A stretch of 64,000 bases of DNA from an uncultured Acidobacteriota bacterium (GTDB taxonomy: Bacteria; Acidobacteriota; Thermoanaerobaculia; UBA5066), in contig CAVZYA010000002.1 in NCBI GenBank assembly GCA_963779415.1, positions 1,440,001 through 1,504,000 on the forward strand, in the 5' to 3' direction. Positions 10,295 to 19,309 of the stretch are shown here, one piece after another. A program made the position numbers and the translations under genes. A model generated the notes under the pieces. It searched no databases. It worked only from the letters and a program-made list of their open reading frames with translations, and had not been told where the DNA came from. Positions within the stretch are counted from its first letter, which is position 1, and every line of letters starts with the position of its first letter.

Positions 10295-11866
10295 ATGAAA
10301 CCGGTGCCCGATCCGATCCTCCTTCGCGAATGGACGCCGGAAGGCGACGCGGCCGCGTTCGAAAGGCTCAAGGGCCGGATGGTGGACGTCTGGAAGACGA
10401 TCGGCGGCAACACCGGGGAGTCGGCGTATACGTCCGTCGTCGTGCCGTCGCTGACGCTCGACCAGGAGGAGCTGCGGAAGATCCCCGGAGCGGCGTTCTA
10501 CGAGGAGCGGCTCCTCTTCCTTCTCATGCGCCTCCGGAACCCGCGCGCGCGCCTCGTCTACGTCACGTCGCAGCCGGTCCACCCGCTCGTCCTCGAGTAC
10601 TACCTCCAGCTTCTCGCGGGAATTCCGGCCAGCCACGCCCGGTCGCGACTGACGCTCCTCTGCGCCTACGACTCCTCGTCCCGATCCCTCACCGAGAAGA
10701 TCCTCGAGCGGCCGCGCCTCCTCGAGCGGATTCGCGCGGGGATCCAGGACCCGTCGCGGGCCTTCCTGACCGTCTTCAACTCGACGCCTTTGGAACGGCG
10801 CCTCGCGGTCCTTCTCGGTATTCCTCTCTTCGGCTGCGACCCGGCGCTCATGAGCGTCGGGACGAAGTCCGGCAGCCGGAAGGTCTTCGTCGAGGCGGGA
10901 ATCGCGGTCCCGGCGGGCTTCGAGGAGCTTCGGACCCCGGCTGACGTCGTCCTCGCGCTCGCGGAGCTGAAGAGGATCCGGCCCGGATTGAAGCGGGCCG
11001 TCATCAAGCTGAACGCGAGCTTCTCCGGCGAAGGCAACGGCGTCTTCCGCTATCCGCCGGAGGAAGAGCCCGACGCGCTCGCCGAGGCCCTCGCCCGCCT
11101 CGAGTTCCCGCTCGTGGCCGAGACCTTCGAGACCTTCTTCTCGAAATTCGGCCGGATGGGGGGCGTCGTCGAGGAGTTTCTCGAGGGGGAGGAGCGCTCC
11201 TCCCCGAGCGCGCAGCTCCTGATCGAGCCGAACGGCAAACCGGTCCTTCTCTCCACGCACGACCAGATCCTCGGCGGCCCGGCCGGACAGCTCTACCTCG
11301 GGTGCCGGTTCCCGGCGCGGCAGTCCTACCGGCGCGAGGTCGGGGAGGCGGGGCTCCGGGTGGGGGAGGTCCTCGCGCGCAAAGGGGTCATCGGACGGTT
11401 CGGGATCGACACGATCGTCCACCCGGCCCCGGGGCGCGGGTGGGAGGTTTTCGGCGTCGAGGTCAACCTCCGGAAGGGGGGAACGACGCACCCGTTCCTC
11501 GCCCTCCAGTTCCTGACCGGGGGATCCATCGAGCGGGAGACGGGGCTCTTCATGACGCCGTCGGGCCACCCGAAGTACTACCGCTCCACCGACACCCTCT
11601 CCTCCCCGCGCTATCGCGGTCTCCTCCCCGAAGACCTGATCGAGATCCTGACGGCCAACTCCCTCCACTACAGCCCGATCACCGAGACCGGCGTCCTGTT
11701 CCACATGATCGGGGCGCTCTCGCAGTACGGGAAGGTCGGCCTTACCGTGATCGGCAACTCGCGCGAGGAGGCCGAGACCCTCTACGCGGACACGCTCACG
11801 ATCCTGGACCGGGAGGCTTCGGCGGGACGAGTGGCAGGCGTTTCCGCGGGCATGCCCCCGGAGTGA
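10295..11866 (+). CDS. PGM1-related peptide ligase (pre-ATP-grasp + ATP-grasp)
   Basis: VVVPSLT, YEERLLFLL, KSGSR, SGEGN, LSTHDQILGG, EVNLRKGGTTHP motifs typical of PGM1-like carboxylate-amine ligases. Confidence 0.8.
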   Translation: MKPVPDPILLREWTPEGDAAAFERLKGRMVDVWKTIGGNTGESAYTSVVVPSLTLDQEELRKIPGAAFYEERLLFLLMRLRNPRARLVYVTSQPVHPLVLEYYLQLLAGIPASHARSRLTLLCAYDSSSRSLTEKILERPRLLERIRAGIQDPSRAFLTVFNSTPLERRLAVLLGIPLFGCDPALMSVGTKSGSRKVFVEAGIAVPAGFEELRTPADVVLALAELKRIRPGLKRAVIKLNASFSGEGNGVFRYPPEEEPDALAEALARLEFPLVAETFETFFSKFGRMGGVVEEFLEGEERSSPSAQLLIEPNGKPVLLSTHDQILGGPAGQLYLGCRFPARQSYRREVGEAGLRVGEVLARKGVIGRFGIDTIVHPAPGRGWEVFGVEVNLRKGGTTHPFLALQFLTGGSIERETGLFMTPSGHPKYYRSTDTLSSPRYRGLLPEDLIEILTANSLHYSPITETGVLFHMIGALSQYGKVGLTVIGNSREEAETLYADTLTILDREASAGRVAGVSAGMPPE

Positions 11867-11889
11867 CCGGGAGAGTCCGGAAGAGATAA

Positions 11890-11912
11890 GGGCCCCCGGA
11901 AACCGGGGGCCC
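11890..11912. terminator. Perfect GC hairpin between convergent genes (probable terminator)
   Basis: gggcccccgg-aaa-ccgggggccc, 10-bp stem. Confidence 0.7.
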
Positions 11913-11935
11913 CGTCGACTCGATATCGAAAAGAC

Positions 11936-12571
11936 CTACTTCTTCTTCTTGGCGGGAGCCTTGGCAGGCTTGGCGGCCGGCGCGGCGTGAGCCGCCGGAG
12001 GGGCGCTGATCGTAAGTGACGTCGTGAGCTCGGCGGCCTTTTCCTTGATCGCCTTTGCCTTCTCGACGGCGGCCATCGGGTCGGCGGCTCCGACGGCGGT
12101 GGCCTCATCCCACATCTTCTTGATGTCGGCCAGGCCCGCCTTGGCGGCGTCGAGCTTGGCGGCGTCCATCCCCTTCGGGAGCTTCTTCATCGCGGCGAAC
12201 GAGGCGACTTTCTCCTCGACCGCCTTGATGGCCGCCGGAACGGAGGCCGAGATGTCCGCCCACGTCTTCGTGTACTCGTCCTTCTTGGCCTTGGCGGCGT
12301 TTGTGGCCTCGGTCGCCTTGCCCGGGATGGCCTGGGCGGCGGCGATGGCCGCGGCGTAGTCACCCTTTCCCAGCTTGTCCTTGGCGTCCTTGAGGCTGTC
12401 GCTCAGGGCCTTCCACTGGTCGGGAACGAACTTCTCGACCATGGGCTTGGCCGCGGTCACGGCAGCGTCGGCAGCCTTGAAAGCTTCCTCTGCGGGGCCC
12501 TTCTGGGAGCAGGCCGTCGTGAGGACGGCGACGGCGGCGACGAGAGCGAGGGAAGTCAGGATTCGGCGCAC
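11936..12571 (-). CDS. Ala/Lys-rich helical lipoprotein of unknown function
   Basis: GTG 12571 after AAGGAG; signal peptide ending LTTA-C; AKP-rich basic C-tail. Confidence 0.8.
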   Translation of the reverse strand: MRRILTSLALVAAVAVLTTACSQKGPAEEAFKAADAAVTAAKPMVEKFVPDQWKALSDSLKDAKDKLGKGDYAAAIAAAQAIPGKATEATNAAKAKKDEYTKTWADISASVPAAIKAVEEKVASFAAMKKLPKGMDAAKLDAAKAGLADIKKMWDEATAVGAADPMAAVEKAKAIKEKAAELTTSLTISAPPAAHAAPAAKPAKAPAKKKK

Positions 12572-12644
12572 GGAATTCTCCTTTCGGTTCTTTGGCGGAA
12601 GGCCCGGAATGACCGGGCCGGGAAGCCGCGAAATCGGCGGAAAA

Positions 12645-12673
12645 ACGGTATTGAACCCGGGGCCGTCTGTCAA
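12645..12673 (-). promoter_or_regulatory. Sigma70-type promoter for the lipoprotein gene
   Basis: Minus strand TTGACA-17 nt-TACCGT. Confidence 0.6.
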
Positions 12674-12748
12674 GGTTCCATTGACGGTTCACGACCTCCA
12701 TTTGAATCATGGTTTCCTCGTTTCCCCGCCCCCTAGCGTCCCGGCGGC

Positions 12749-13912
12749 ATGCGGTTCCTGCCGCTCGTTCTGAAGAACCTCTTCCGCAAGAAGACGCGAA
12801 CGCTTCTGACGATCGCCTCCATTCTCTTCCCTCTCCTCGTGATCGCCTTCCTCGGTACCTTCCTGAAGGCACTCCGCTTCGCCGATCCCGCCCGGAAGGG
12901 TTACTTCCGGGTCGTCACCCGTCACAAGGTCGGCCTGACGACTCCGATTCCCGTCGCCTGGGCCCGCCGGATCGAACCGCTTCCGGGCATCCTCGCGGTG
13001 ACCGTCCTCTCCCCGTTCCGGGGGATCTACCGCGACGAGAGCGCCGGGAACGTCTTCCCGCGCTTCGCGGCCGACGCCGCGACCTTCTTCCCGGTATTCG
13101 ACGACGCCGTCCTCGTCGAAGGGAGCGCGGAGGCGTGGCGGAGGGACCGCGCCTCGGCGCTCGTCGGCGAGCGGCTCATGCAGAAGTACGGCTGGAAGCT
13201 CGGGGATCGCGTCGCGATCCGCGGGACGCTCTACCCGGTCGACCTCGATCTCGTGATCGCCGCCGTCTACCGCCTCCCCTACGAGACCTCGGGCTCCATC
13301 TTCTTCCACCGTGAATACCTCGAAGAGGCGTGGCCGCCGTTCCGGGGGGAGGCCACGACGATCTGGGCGCGCGTGAAGGACAATGCCGCCGAGGCGCGGC
13401 TCCCCGCCGAGATCGACGCTCTGTTCGAGAACTCGCCCTTCCCGACGAAGAGCGACAGCGAGAGCGCCTTTCTGACCGGCTTCGTCCAGCTCCTCGGGAA
13501 CGTCCAGCTCCTTCTCGTCTCTCTCGGCGTCGTCCTCGTCCTCGTCATCGTCCTCGTCGCCGCCAACACGATGGCGATGTCGACGCGCGAGCGCGTCGTC
13601 GAGATCGCCGTCATGCGGACACTCGGCTACACGCGGACGAAAGTGGTCCTCCTGATCCTCGCCGAGAGCCTCGTCATGGCGCTCGTCGGCGCCGCGGTCG
13701 GCCTCGGCCTCTTCGCCGCGGGGTTCACGTCTCTCCAGAAACGGCTCCTCGACACGCGGCTCTCCCAGTTCGCGGCCGGGATGAGGATCTTTCCGGAGGT
13801 GCTCGCCCTCGCCGTCGGTACGGCCCTTCTCATCGGCCTCCTCGCGGCGCTCGTCCCCGCCCTCCGTGCGGGGCAGCGGAAGATCGTCGACGGGCTGCGA
13901 TTCACGGGGTAA
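12749..13912 (+). CDS. MacB/FtsX-like ABC transporter permease
   Basis: KNLFRKKTRTLLT, periplasmic domain, ANTMAMSTRERVVEIAVMRTLG, 4 TM pattern. Confidence 0.88.
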   Translation: MRFLPLVLKNLFRKKTRTLLTIASILFPLLVIAFLGTFLKALRFADPARKGYFRVVTRHKVGLTTPIPVAWARRIEPLPGILAVTVLSPFRGIYRDESAGNVFPRFAADAATFFPVFDDAVLVEGSAEAWRRDRASALVGERLMQKYGWKLGDRVAIRGTLYPVDLDLVIAAVYRLPYETSGSIFFHREYLEEAWPPFRGEATTIWARVKDNAAEARLPAEIDALFENSPFPTKSDSESAFLTGFVQLLGNVQLLLVSLGVVLVLVIVLVAANTMAMSTRERVVEIAVMRTLGYTRTKVVLLILAESLVMALVGAAVGLGLFAAGFTSLQKRLLDTRLSQFAAGMRIFPEVLALAVGTALLIGLLAALVPALRAGQRKIVDGLRFTG

Positions 13913-13915
13913 GCG

Positions 13916-15616
13916 TCAGTCGGCGCGCCTCGTCCCCGGCCCCAGCACCGGCCGGCCGGGGCGCGCGGAGGTGATCTTCCCGCCGTCCACGACGAGCTGG
14001 CCGTTGACGGCGACGTACGGCATCCCCTCGCAGTAGTGGAACGGGTCGGCATAGGTCGACACGGCCTTCACGCGGGCCGGGTCGAAGGCGACGAGGTCGG
14101 CGTAGAGGCCCGGGACGACGAGGCCGCGGTCCCGGATCTGCGCCCGCGCCGCGGAAAGCGACGTCATCTTACGGACCGCCTCCTCGAGCGGAAGGCGCTG
14201 TTCGTCGCGGACGTATGTCCCGAGGATCCGGGCCGTCGAGGCCCATCCGCGCGGGTGCGACTTCTCCTCCGAGAAGATGCCGTCGGTCGCCGACGCGCCG
14301 GAATCGGTGCAGAAGGCGACGAGCCGGCTCTTCAGGGCGGCGCGGACGTCGTCGTCGCTCATGCAGAAGAGGATGCCGCCCGAGTTCGCGCGGTCGGCGA
14401 TGACGAGGTCGATCAGGGCGTCGCGCGGATCCTTCCCCTCGGCCTTTCCGATCTCCTCGAGTGTCTTCCCCTCGTACTTCTTCAACGCCGGGTTCAGCAC
14501 CGACGTGACGAGGACGCCGGTGGCGCCCCCCGAGCCGTACCACTGGTTTTCCCAGGCGTCGGAGTCCAGGGCCATGTCCCGTTTCACCCGCTCGCGGACC
14601 GCGGGGTCCGCGAGGCGCGCCAGGAGCTTTTCCGTCCCCCCTTCGCGGACCCACGGCGGAAGGTTCGCGTCGAGGCCGTTCATGGCGGCCGTCCACGGGT
14701 ACTGGTTCGCGGCGACGTCCAGCCCCTCCGCGCGCGCCGCCTCCAGCCGGGCGAGAATCGCCGGCATCTTTCCCTGGTACCTTCCCGTCGTCTTCAGGTG
14801 CCAGATGTTCGCCGGGATCTTCGCCTCGCGGGCGATCCGGAAGACCTCGTCGAGGGAGGCGTCGAGCCGGTTTCCCTCCGACCTCTGGTGGGTGAAGTAG
14901 ACGCCGCCGTAACGCGCGGCGACCTTCGCGAGGGCGATGATCTCCTCCGTCGAGTTGTAGATGTCGGGGACGTACTGGAGCGACGTCGAGACGCCGAGGG
15001 CGCCCTCCTCCATCCCTTTCGCCACCTCGCGCTCCATGGCGGCGAGCTCGGCGGGCGTGGCGCGCCGGTCTTCCTTCCCGATGACGAGATCCCGGATCCC
15101 GCCGAGGCCCACGAACGTGCCGAGGTTGATCGTCGGCGGGCTCTTCCGGAAGCGGGAGAAGTAGCCGGCCAGCGTGGTGAAGTCGGGACGGACGCCGTAC
15201 CGCTTCCAGACCGCCTCGCCCTCCTTCAGCATCCGCTCGTTGACCGGCGCGATGGAGGCCCCCTCGCCGGTCACCTCCGTCGTGATTCCCTGCGTGATCT
15301 TGGAGGCGGCGCGGGGGTCGACGAGGACGTTGTATTCGGACTGCCCGAGGAGGTCGATGAACCCGGGGGAGACGACGAGGCCCGAGGCGTCGATCCGTCG
15401 CCGCGCTGCGGCCTTGCGCGCCTCGGGGAGGATCCCGACGGCCGCAATCCGGTCTCCCCGGACGGCGACGTCGGCGACGAAGAGGGGTGCCCCGGTGCCG
15501 TCCGCCACGCGGCCGTTCTCGAAGACCAGATCGTCCCGGTCGGGAGGGGCTGCCGCGCCCGAAAGAAGCAAAAAGGCCGCGGCAGAGGATGCCACGGCCG
15601 AAAAAATACGCTTCAT
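13916..15616 (-). CDS. N-acyl-D-amino-acid deacylase (amidohydrolase), signal peptide
   Basis: VADGTG, VVSPGFID, QGITTEVTGEG, HPRGW, AVRKMTS, ADLVAFDP. Confidence 0.88.
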   Translation of the reverse strand: MKRIFSAVASSAAAFLLLSGAAAPPDRDDLVFENGRVADGTGAPLFVADVAVRGDRIAAVGILPEARKAAARRRIDASGLVVSPGFIDLLGQSEYNVLVDPRAASKITQGITTEVTGEGASIAPVNERMLKEGEAVWKRYGVRPDFTTLAGYFSRFRKSPPTINLGTFVGLGGIRDLVIGKEDRRATPAELAAMEREVAKGMEEGALGVSTSLQYVPDIYNSTEEIIALAKVAARYGGVYFTHQRSEGNRLDASLDEVFRIAREAKIPANIWHLKTTGRYQGKMPAILARLEAARAEGLDVAANQYPWTAAMNGLDANLPPWVREGGTEKLLARLADPAVRERVKRDMALDSDAWENQWYGSGGATGVLVTSVLNPALKKYEGKTLEEIGKAEGKDPRDALIDLVIADRANSGGILFCMSDDDVRAALKSRLVAFCTDSGASATDGIFSEEKSHPRGWASTARILGTYVRDEQRLPLEEAVRKMTSLSAARAQIRDRGLVVPGLYADLVAFDPARVKAVSTYADPFHYCEGMPYVAVNGQLVVDGGKITSARPGRPVLGPGTRRAD

Positions 15617-15661
15617 CGTTCGGATCCCGTCTCCCGGAGACCGTCGGGAGAAGTCAGTGGC

Positions 15662-15907
15662 TCAGGGATTCTTCGGGCGGGCCTCATTCACCCGGATCGT
15701 GCGCCCGTCGTGCTGGGAGCCGTTGAGCGCCTGCATGGCCTTTTTCGCGTCCTCGTCACCCATCTCGACGAAGCCGAAGCCCTTCGAGCGGCCCGAGTCG
15801 CGGTCGACGACGACGGTTGCGGACTGGACAGCCCCGTACGCTTCGAAAAGGGAGCGGAGGGAGGAGTCGTTGACCCCGTACGAGAGGTTTCCCACGTAGA
15901 GCTTCAT
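15662..15907 (-). CDS. RRM RNA-binding protein
   Basis: RNP2 LYVGNL, RNP1 KGFGFVEM, VNEARP. Confidence 0.95.
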   Translation of the reverse strand: MKLYVGNLSYGVNDSSLRSLFEAYGAVQSATVVVDRDSGRSKGFGFVEMGDEDAKKAMQALNGSQHDGRTIRVNEARPKNP

Positions 15908-16022
15908 TCCCAGAATCCTTTCGCGGCCGGCAACACTCCGGCCCTCCTACAGACTAACATGGAGCGGGGGGCGGGGCCTTTCCTCGTGGAGCGGTACTCT
16001 CTCGGGGCGGAAGGAGAAGGGG

Positions 16023-16778
16023 ATGAGGCTCGGTATCGCATTTCTCGCCACGATGCTCCTCGGCGCCGGCGCGTCCAGGGCGGAGACCGTGGACCAGATC
16101 GTCGAAAAGAACATCGAGGCGCGGGGAGGGCTCGCGGCGCTCAAGGGGATCCGGAGCCTCCGGATGACGGGCGTCGTCTCGATGGGGCCGACGTCCGAGA
16201 TCGGGCTGGTGATGGAGTTCAAACGGCCGAAGATGGTCCGGCAGGAGTTCTTCGCTCAGGGGAAGACGGGAGTCGCCGCATTCGACGGGACAGTCGGCTG
16301 GCAGGTCCTGCCGTTCGCCGGGAAGACCGTCCCCGAGCGGATGAACGCGGACGAACAGAGGGAGCTGGAGGAACAGGCGGACGTGGAAGGGGATCTCGTC
16401 GACTGGAAGGCGAAAGGAAGCCAGGTCGAGCTGCTCGGCCGCGAGACTCTCTCCGGGGTCGAGACGTGGAAGCTCCGCGTGACGCTCAGGTCGGGGACGG
16501 TCCAGACCCTCTGGCTCGACCCCGGCTCGTTCCTCGAGATCCAGCGCGAATCGAAGCGGAAGATCGACGGGAAGGACGTCGAGTTCGTCTCCACGATGGG
16601 TGACTACCGGGAGGTCTCGGGAATACGCTTCCCCTTCCTCGTGGAGAGCCGGGTCAAAGGGGCGACGAACGGACAGAAGATCACCCTTCAGACGGTCGAC
16701 GTGAACGTTCCCGTCGACGACGCCCTCTTCCACATGCCCGGGCCGAAGCCCGTCCCCGCGGCCGCGTCGGGGAAATGA
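16023..16778 (+). CDS. Secreted LolA-like / outer membrane lipoprotein-sorting protein
   Basis: Signal peptide; IVEKNIEARGG, AFDGTVGW, DYREVSGIRFPF, NVPVDDALF. Confidence 0.7.
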   Translation: MRLGIAFLATMLLGAGASRAETVDQIVEKNIEARGGLAALKGIRSLRMTGVVSMGPTSEIGLVMEFKRPKMVRQEFFAQGKTGVAAFDGTVGWQVLPFAGKTVPERMNADEQRELEEQADVEGDLVDWKAKGSQVELLGRETLSGVETWKLRVTLRSGTVQTLWLDPGSFLEIQRESKRKIDGKDVEFVSTMGDYREVSGIRFPFLVESRVKGATNGQKITLQTVDVNVPVDDALFHMPGPKPVPAAASGK

Positions 16779-16827
16779 GGCCGTGACGGGCGCCCGGCGC
16801 GCCGCCGGTCCATAATCCCGCTTCGTC

Positions 16828-18057
16828 ATGGCACAGATAAGACCGTTCCCGAACGGCCGGCCGCCGAAAGCGATCGCCTCCCGCGTCGCCTCCGTCCCGT
16901 ACGACGTCGTCGACACGAAGGAAGCCCTCGCGCTGGCCGAGGGGAATCCGGTCTCTTTCCTCCATGTCTGTCGTCCCGAGATCGACCTCCCCCCGGCGAC
17001 CGACGTTCATGCCGACTCGGTCTATGCGAAAGGGCGCGAGAACCTCGACCGCTTCTACGCCGACGGGACGCTCGTCGCCGACTCGACGCCACGCCTCTTC
17101 GTCTACCGGCAGACGTGGCGCGGCCGCAAGCAGGACGGCGTCGTGGCCGCCTGTGCGGTCGACGACTACGACTCGGACGTCATCAAGAAGCACGAAAAGA
17201 CGCGTCCTGACAAGGAAAACGACCGGGTCCGGCACCTTCTGACGCAGTCGGCCCACGCCGAGCCTGTGTTCCTGACCTACCGTGCCGACGCCGCGATCGA
17301 CGCCAAGGTCCGCGAGGTCACGTCGCGCGCGCCCGAATACGACTTCGAGGCTCCGGATGGCGTCCGCCACACGCTCTGGATCGTCCCGGAGGGAGAGAAC
17401 GTCTTCTTCGTCGAAGCCTTCGCGAGGGTGCCGCTCCTCTACGTCGCCGACGGCCATCACCGGACGGCTTCGGCATCGCGGGCGCGTGCCGCGCTCCGCG
17501 AGAAGGATCCGAAGCTTCCCGCTGATCACCCGGTGAACTGGTTCCCCGCAACGATCTTCCCGGACCGCGAGCTCGCGATCCTCCCGTACAACCGGGTCGT
17601 GAAGGACCTCGGCGGGAAGTCGCCGGGCGAGTTCCTGGCCGCGGTCGGGGGAGCGTTCCGGATCCGGCACGGCGAAGGGGCGGAGCCGAAGGGGAAAGGG
17701 GACGTCCGGATGTACTTCAGCGGAGGGTGGCACCGGCTCGAGCCGATCGCTCCCGTCGACGCGCGGGACCCGATCGGCTCGCTCGACGTCTCCGTCCTGC
17801 AGGACCGGCTTCTCGCCCCGGTGCTCGGCGTCCTCGATCCGCGCACGGACAAGCGGATCGACTTCGTCGGCGGGATCCGCGGGACGGCGGATCTTGCGGC
17901 GCGGGTCGACTCGGGCCGGGCGGCGGTCGCCTTCTCGATCTTTCCGACGACGGTCGCCGAGCTGATGGCGATCGCCGACGCCGGCGCGATCATGCCGCCG
18001 AAGTCGACCTGGTTCGAGCCGAAGCTGCGCTCCGGGCCTGTTCGTCCACGTTTCTAG
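16828..18057 (+). CDS. DUF1015 family protein
   Basis: PYDV, KKHEKT, YVADGHHR, MPPKSTWFEPKLRSG; the last residues may be frameshifted (LFVH lies in the +1 frame). Confidence 0.9.
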   Translation: MAQIRPFPNGRPPKAIASRVASVPYDVVDTKEALALAEGNPVSFLHVCRPEIDLPPATDVHADSVYAKGRENLDRFYADGTLVADSTPRLFVYRQTWRGRKQDGVVAACAVDDYDSDVIKKHEKTRPDKENDRVRHLLTQSAHAEPVFLTYRADAAIDAKVREVTSRAPEYDFEAPDGVRHTLWIVPEGENVFFVEAFARVPLLYVADGHHRTASASRARAALREKDPKLPADHPVNWFPATIFPDRELAILPYNRVVKDLGGKSPGEFLAAVGGAFRIRHGEGAEPKGKGDVRMYFSGGWHRLEPIAPVDARDPIGSLDVSVLQDRLLAPVLGVLDPRTDKRIDFVGGIRGTADLAARVDSGRAAVAFSIFPTTVAELMAIADAGAIMPPKSTWFEPKLRSGPVRPRF

Positions 18058-18066
18058 GGGGATGCG

Positions 18067-19272
18067 ATGAAAGTTCTGGTGGCGGACAAGTTCGAGGCCG
18101 CGGGTCTCGACGGGCTCGCGGAGCTCGGGTGCGAAGTCCTCTACGAGCCGAAGCTCGAAGGGGAGTCGCTGGGCCTTAGGCTCGCGGAGGCTCGTCCGGA
18201 GGTCCTCGTCGTCCGGTCGACGAAGGTGACGGCGGCGGAAATCGGGAAGGCTTCCTCTCTCGCCCTGATCGTCCGCGCGGGGGCCGGCGTCAACACGATC
18301 GACCTCGCCGCGGCGTCGGCGCGGGCCATCGCCGTCTCCAACTGTCCCGGAAAGAACTCCGTCGCCGTGGCCGAGCTGGCCTGGGGGCTGATCCTCGCCC
18401 TCGACCGGCGGATTCCCGAGCAGACGCGCGACCTCGCCGCCGGCGTCTGGAACAAGACGGAGTACGGGAAGGCGAAGGGGATCGCGGGCCGGAAGCTCGG
18501 CGTCGTCGGCGTCGGGGCGATCGGGACGGAGGTGATCCTCCGCGCGAAGTCCTTCGGGATGGAGGTCCTCGCCTTCAGCCGCTCGCTCGACGCCTATGCG
18601 GCCGCCCGGCTCGGCGTGACCCGATCGGCGTCGCTCCTCGACCTCGCCCGCGAGAGCGACGTCGTCTCCGTCCATCTCGCCCTCACGAAGGAGACGAGGG
18701 GGCTCATCGGCCCCGGGTTCTTCGAGGCGATGAGGGACGGCGCCCTCTTCGTGAACACGAGCCGCGGCGAAATCGTCCAGCAGGCGGCCCTCGAGGCGGC
18801 GATCGAGAAGAAAGGGATCCGTGCCGGCCTCGACGTCTTCGAGAGGGAGCCGTCCGGAGGGACGGGAGCCTTCGAGGACCCGATCGCGAAGAGGCCCGGT
18901 GTCATCGGGACGCACCATTGCGGCGCGTCGACGGAGCAGGCGCAGAACGCCATTGCCGCCGAGACGGTCCGGATCGTCGAGGCGTTTCTGAACTCGGGAG
19001 AGGTCCCGAACGCGGTGAACCTCTCTGACCGGACCCCGGCCACCCACCTTCTCTCGATCCGGCACCGCGACCGGGTCGGCGTCCTCGCCCACATCTTCGC
19101 CGTCCTGAAGGAGGCGGGGATCAACGTCGAGGAGACCGAGAACGTCGTCTTCGCGGGGGCCGAGGCGGCCTGCGCCCGGATCCAGATCGACCGGGCGCCG
19201 GACCCGGACGTCGTGTCGAAGATCGAGACGGGGAGCCCCGACATCTTCTCGGTGACCCTGACGCCGATCTGA
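18067..19272 (+). CDS. serA: D-3-phosphoglycerate dehydrogenase with C-terminal ACT domain
   Basis: [35 protein letters not shown] motif HRDRVGVLA. Confidence 0.85.
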   Translation: MKVLVADKFEAAGLDGLAELGCEVLYEPKLEGESLGLRLAEARPEVLVVRSTKVTAAEIGKASSLALIVRAGAGVNTIDLAAASARAIAVSNCPGKNSVAVAELAWGLILALDRRIPEQTRDLAAGVWNKTEYGKAKGIAGRKLGVVGVGAIGTEVILRAKSFGMEVLAFSRSLDAYAAARLGVTRSASLLDLARESDVVSVHLALTKETRGLIGPGFFEAMRDGALFVNTSRGEIVQQAALEAAIEKKGIRAGLDVFEREPSGGTGAFEDPIAKRPGVIGTHHCGASTEQAQNAIAAETVRIVEAFLNSGEVPNAVNLSDRTPATHLLSIRHRDRVGVLAHIFAVLKEAGINVEETENVVFAGAEAACARIQIDRAPDPDVVSKIETGSPDIFSVTLTPI

Positions 19273-19309
19273 GCCGGCGGGCGGAAGAGGACGGAGCCTC
19301 GACGACACG

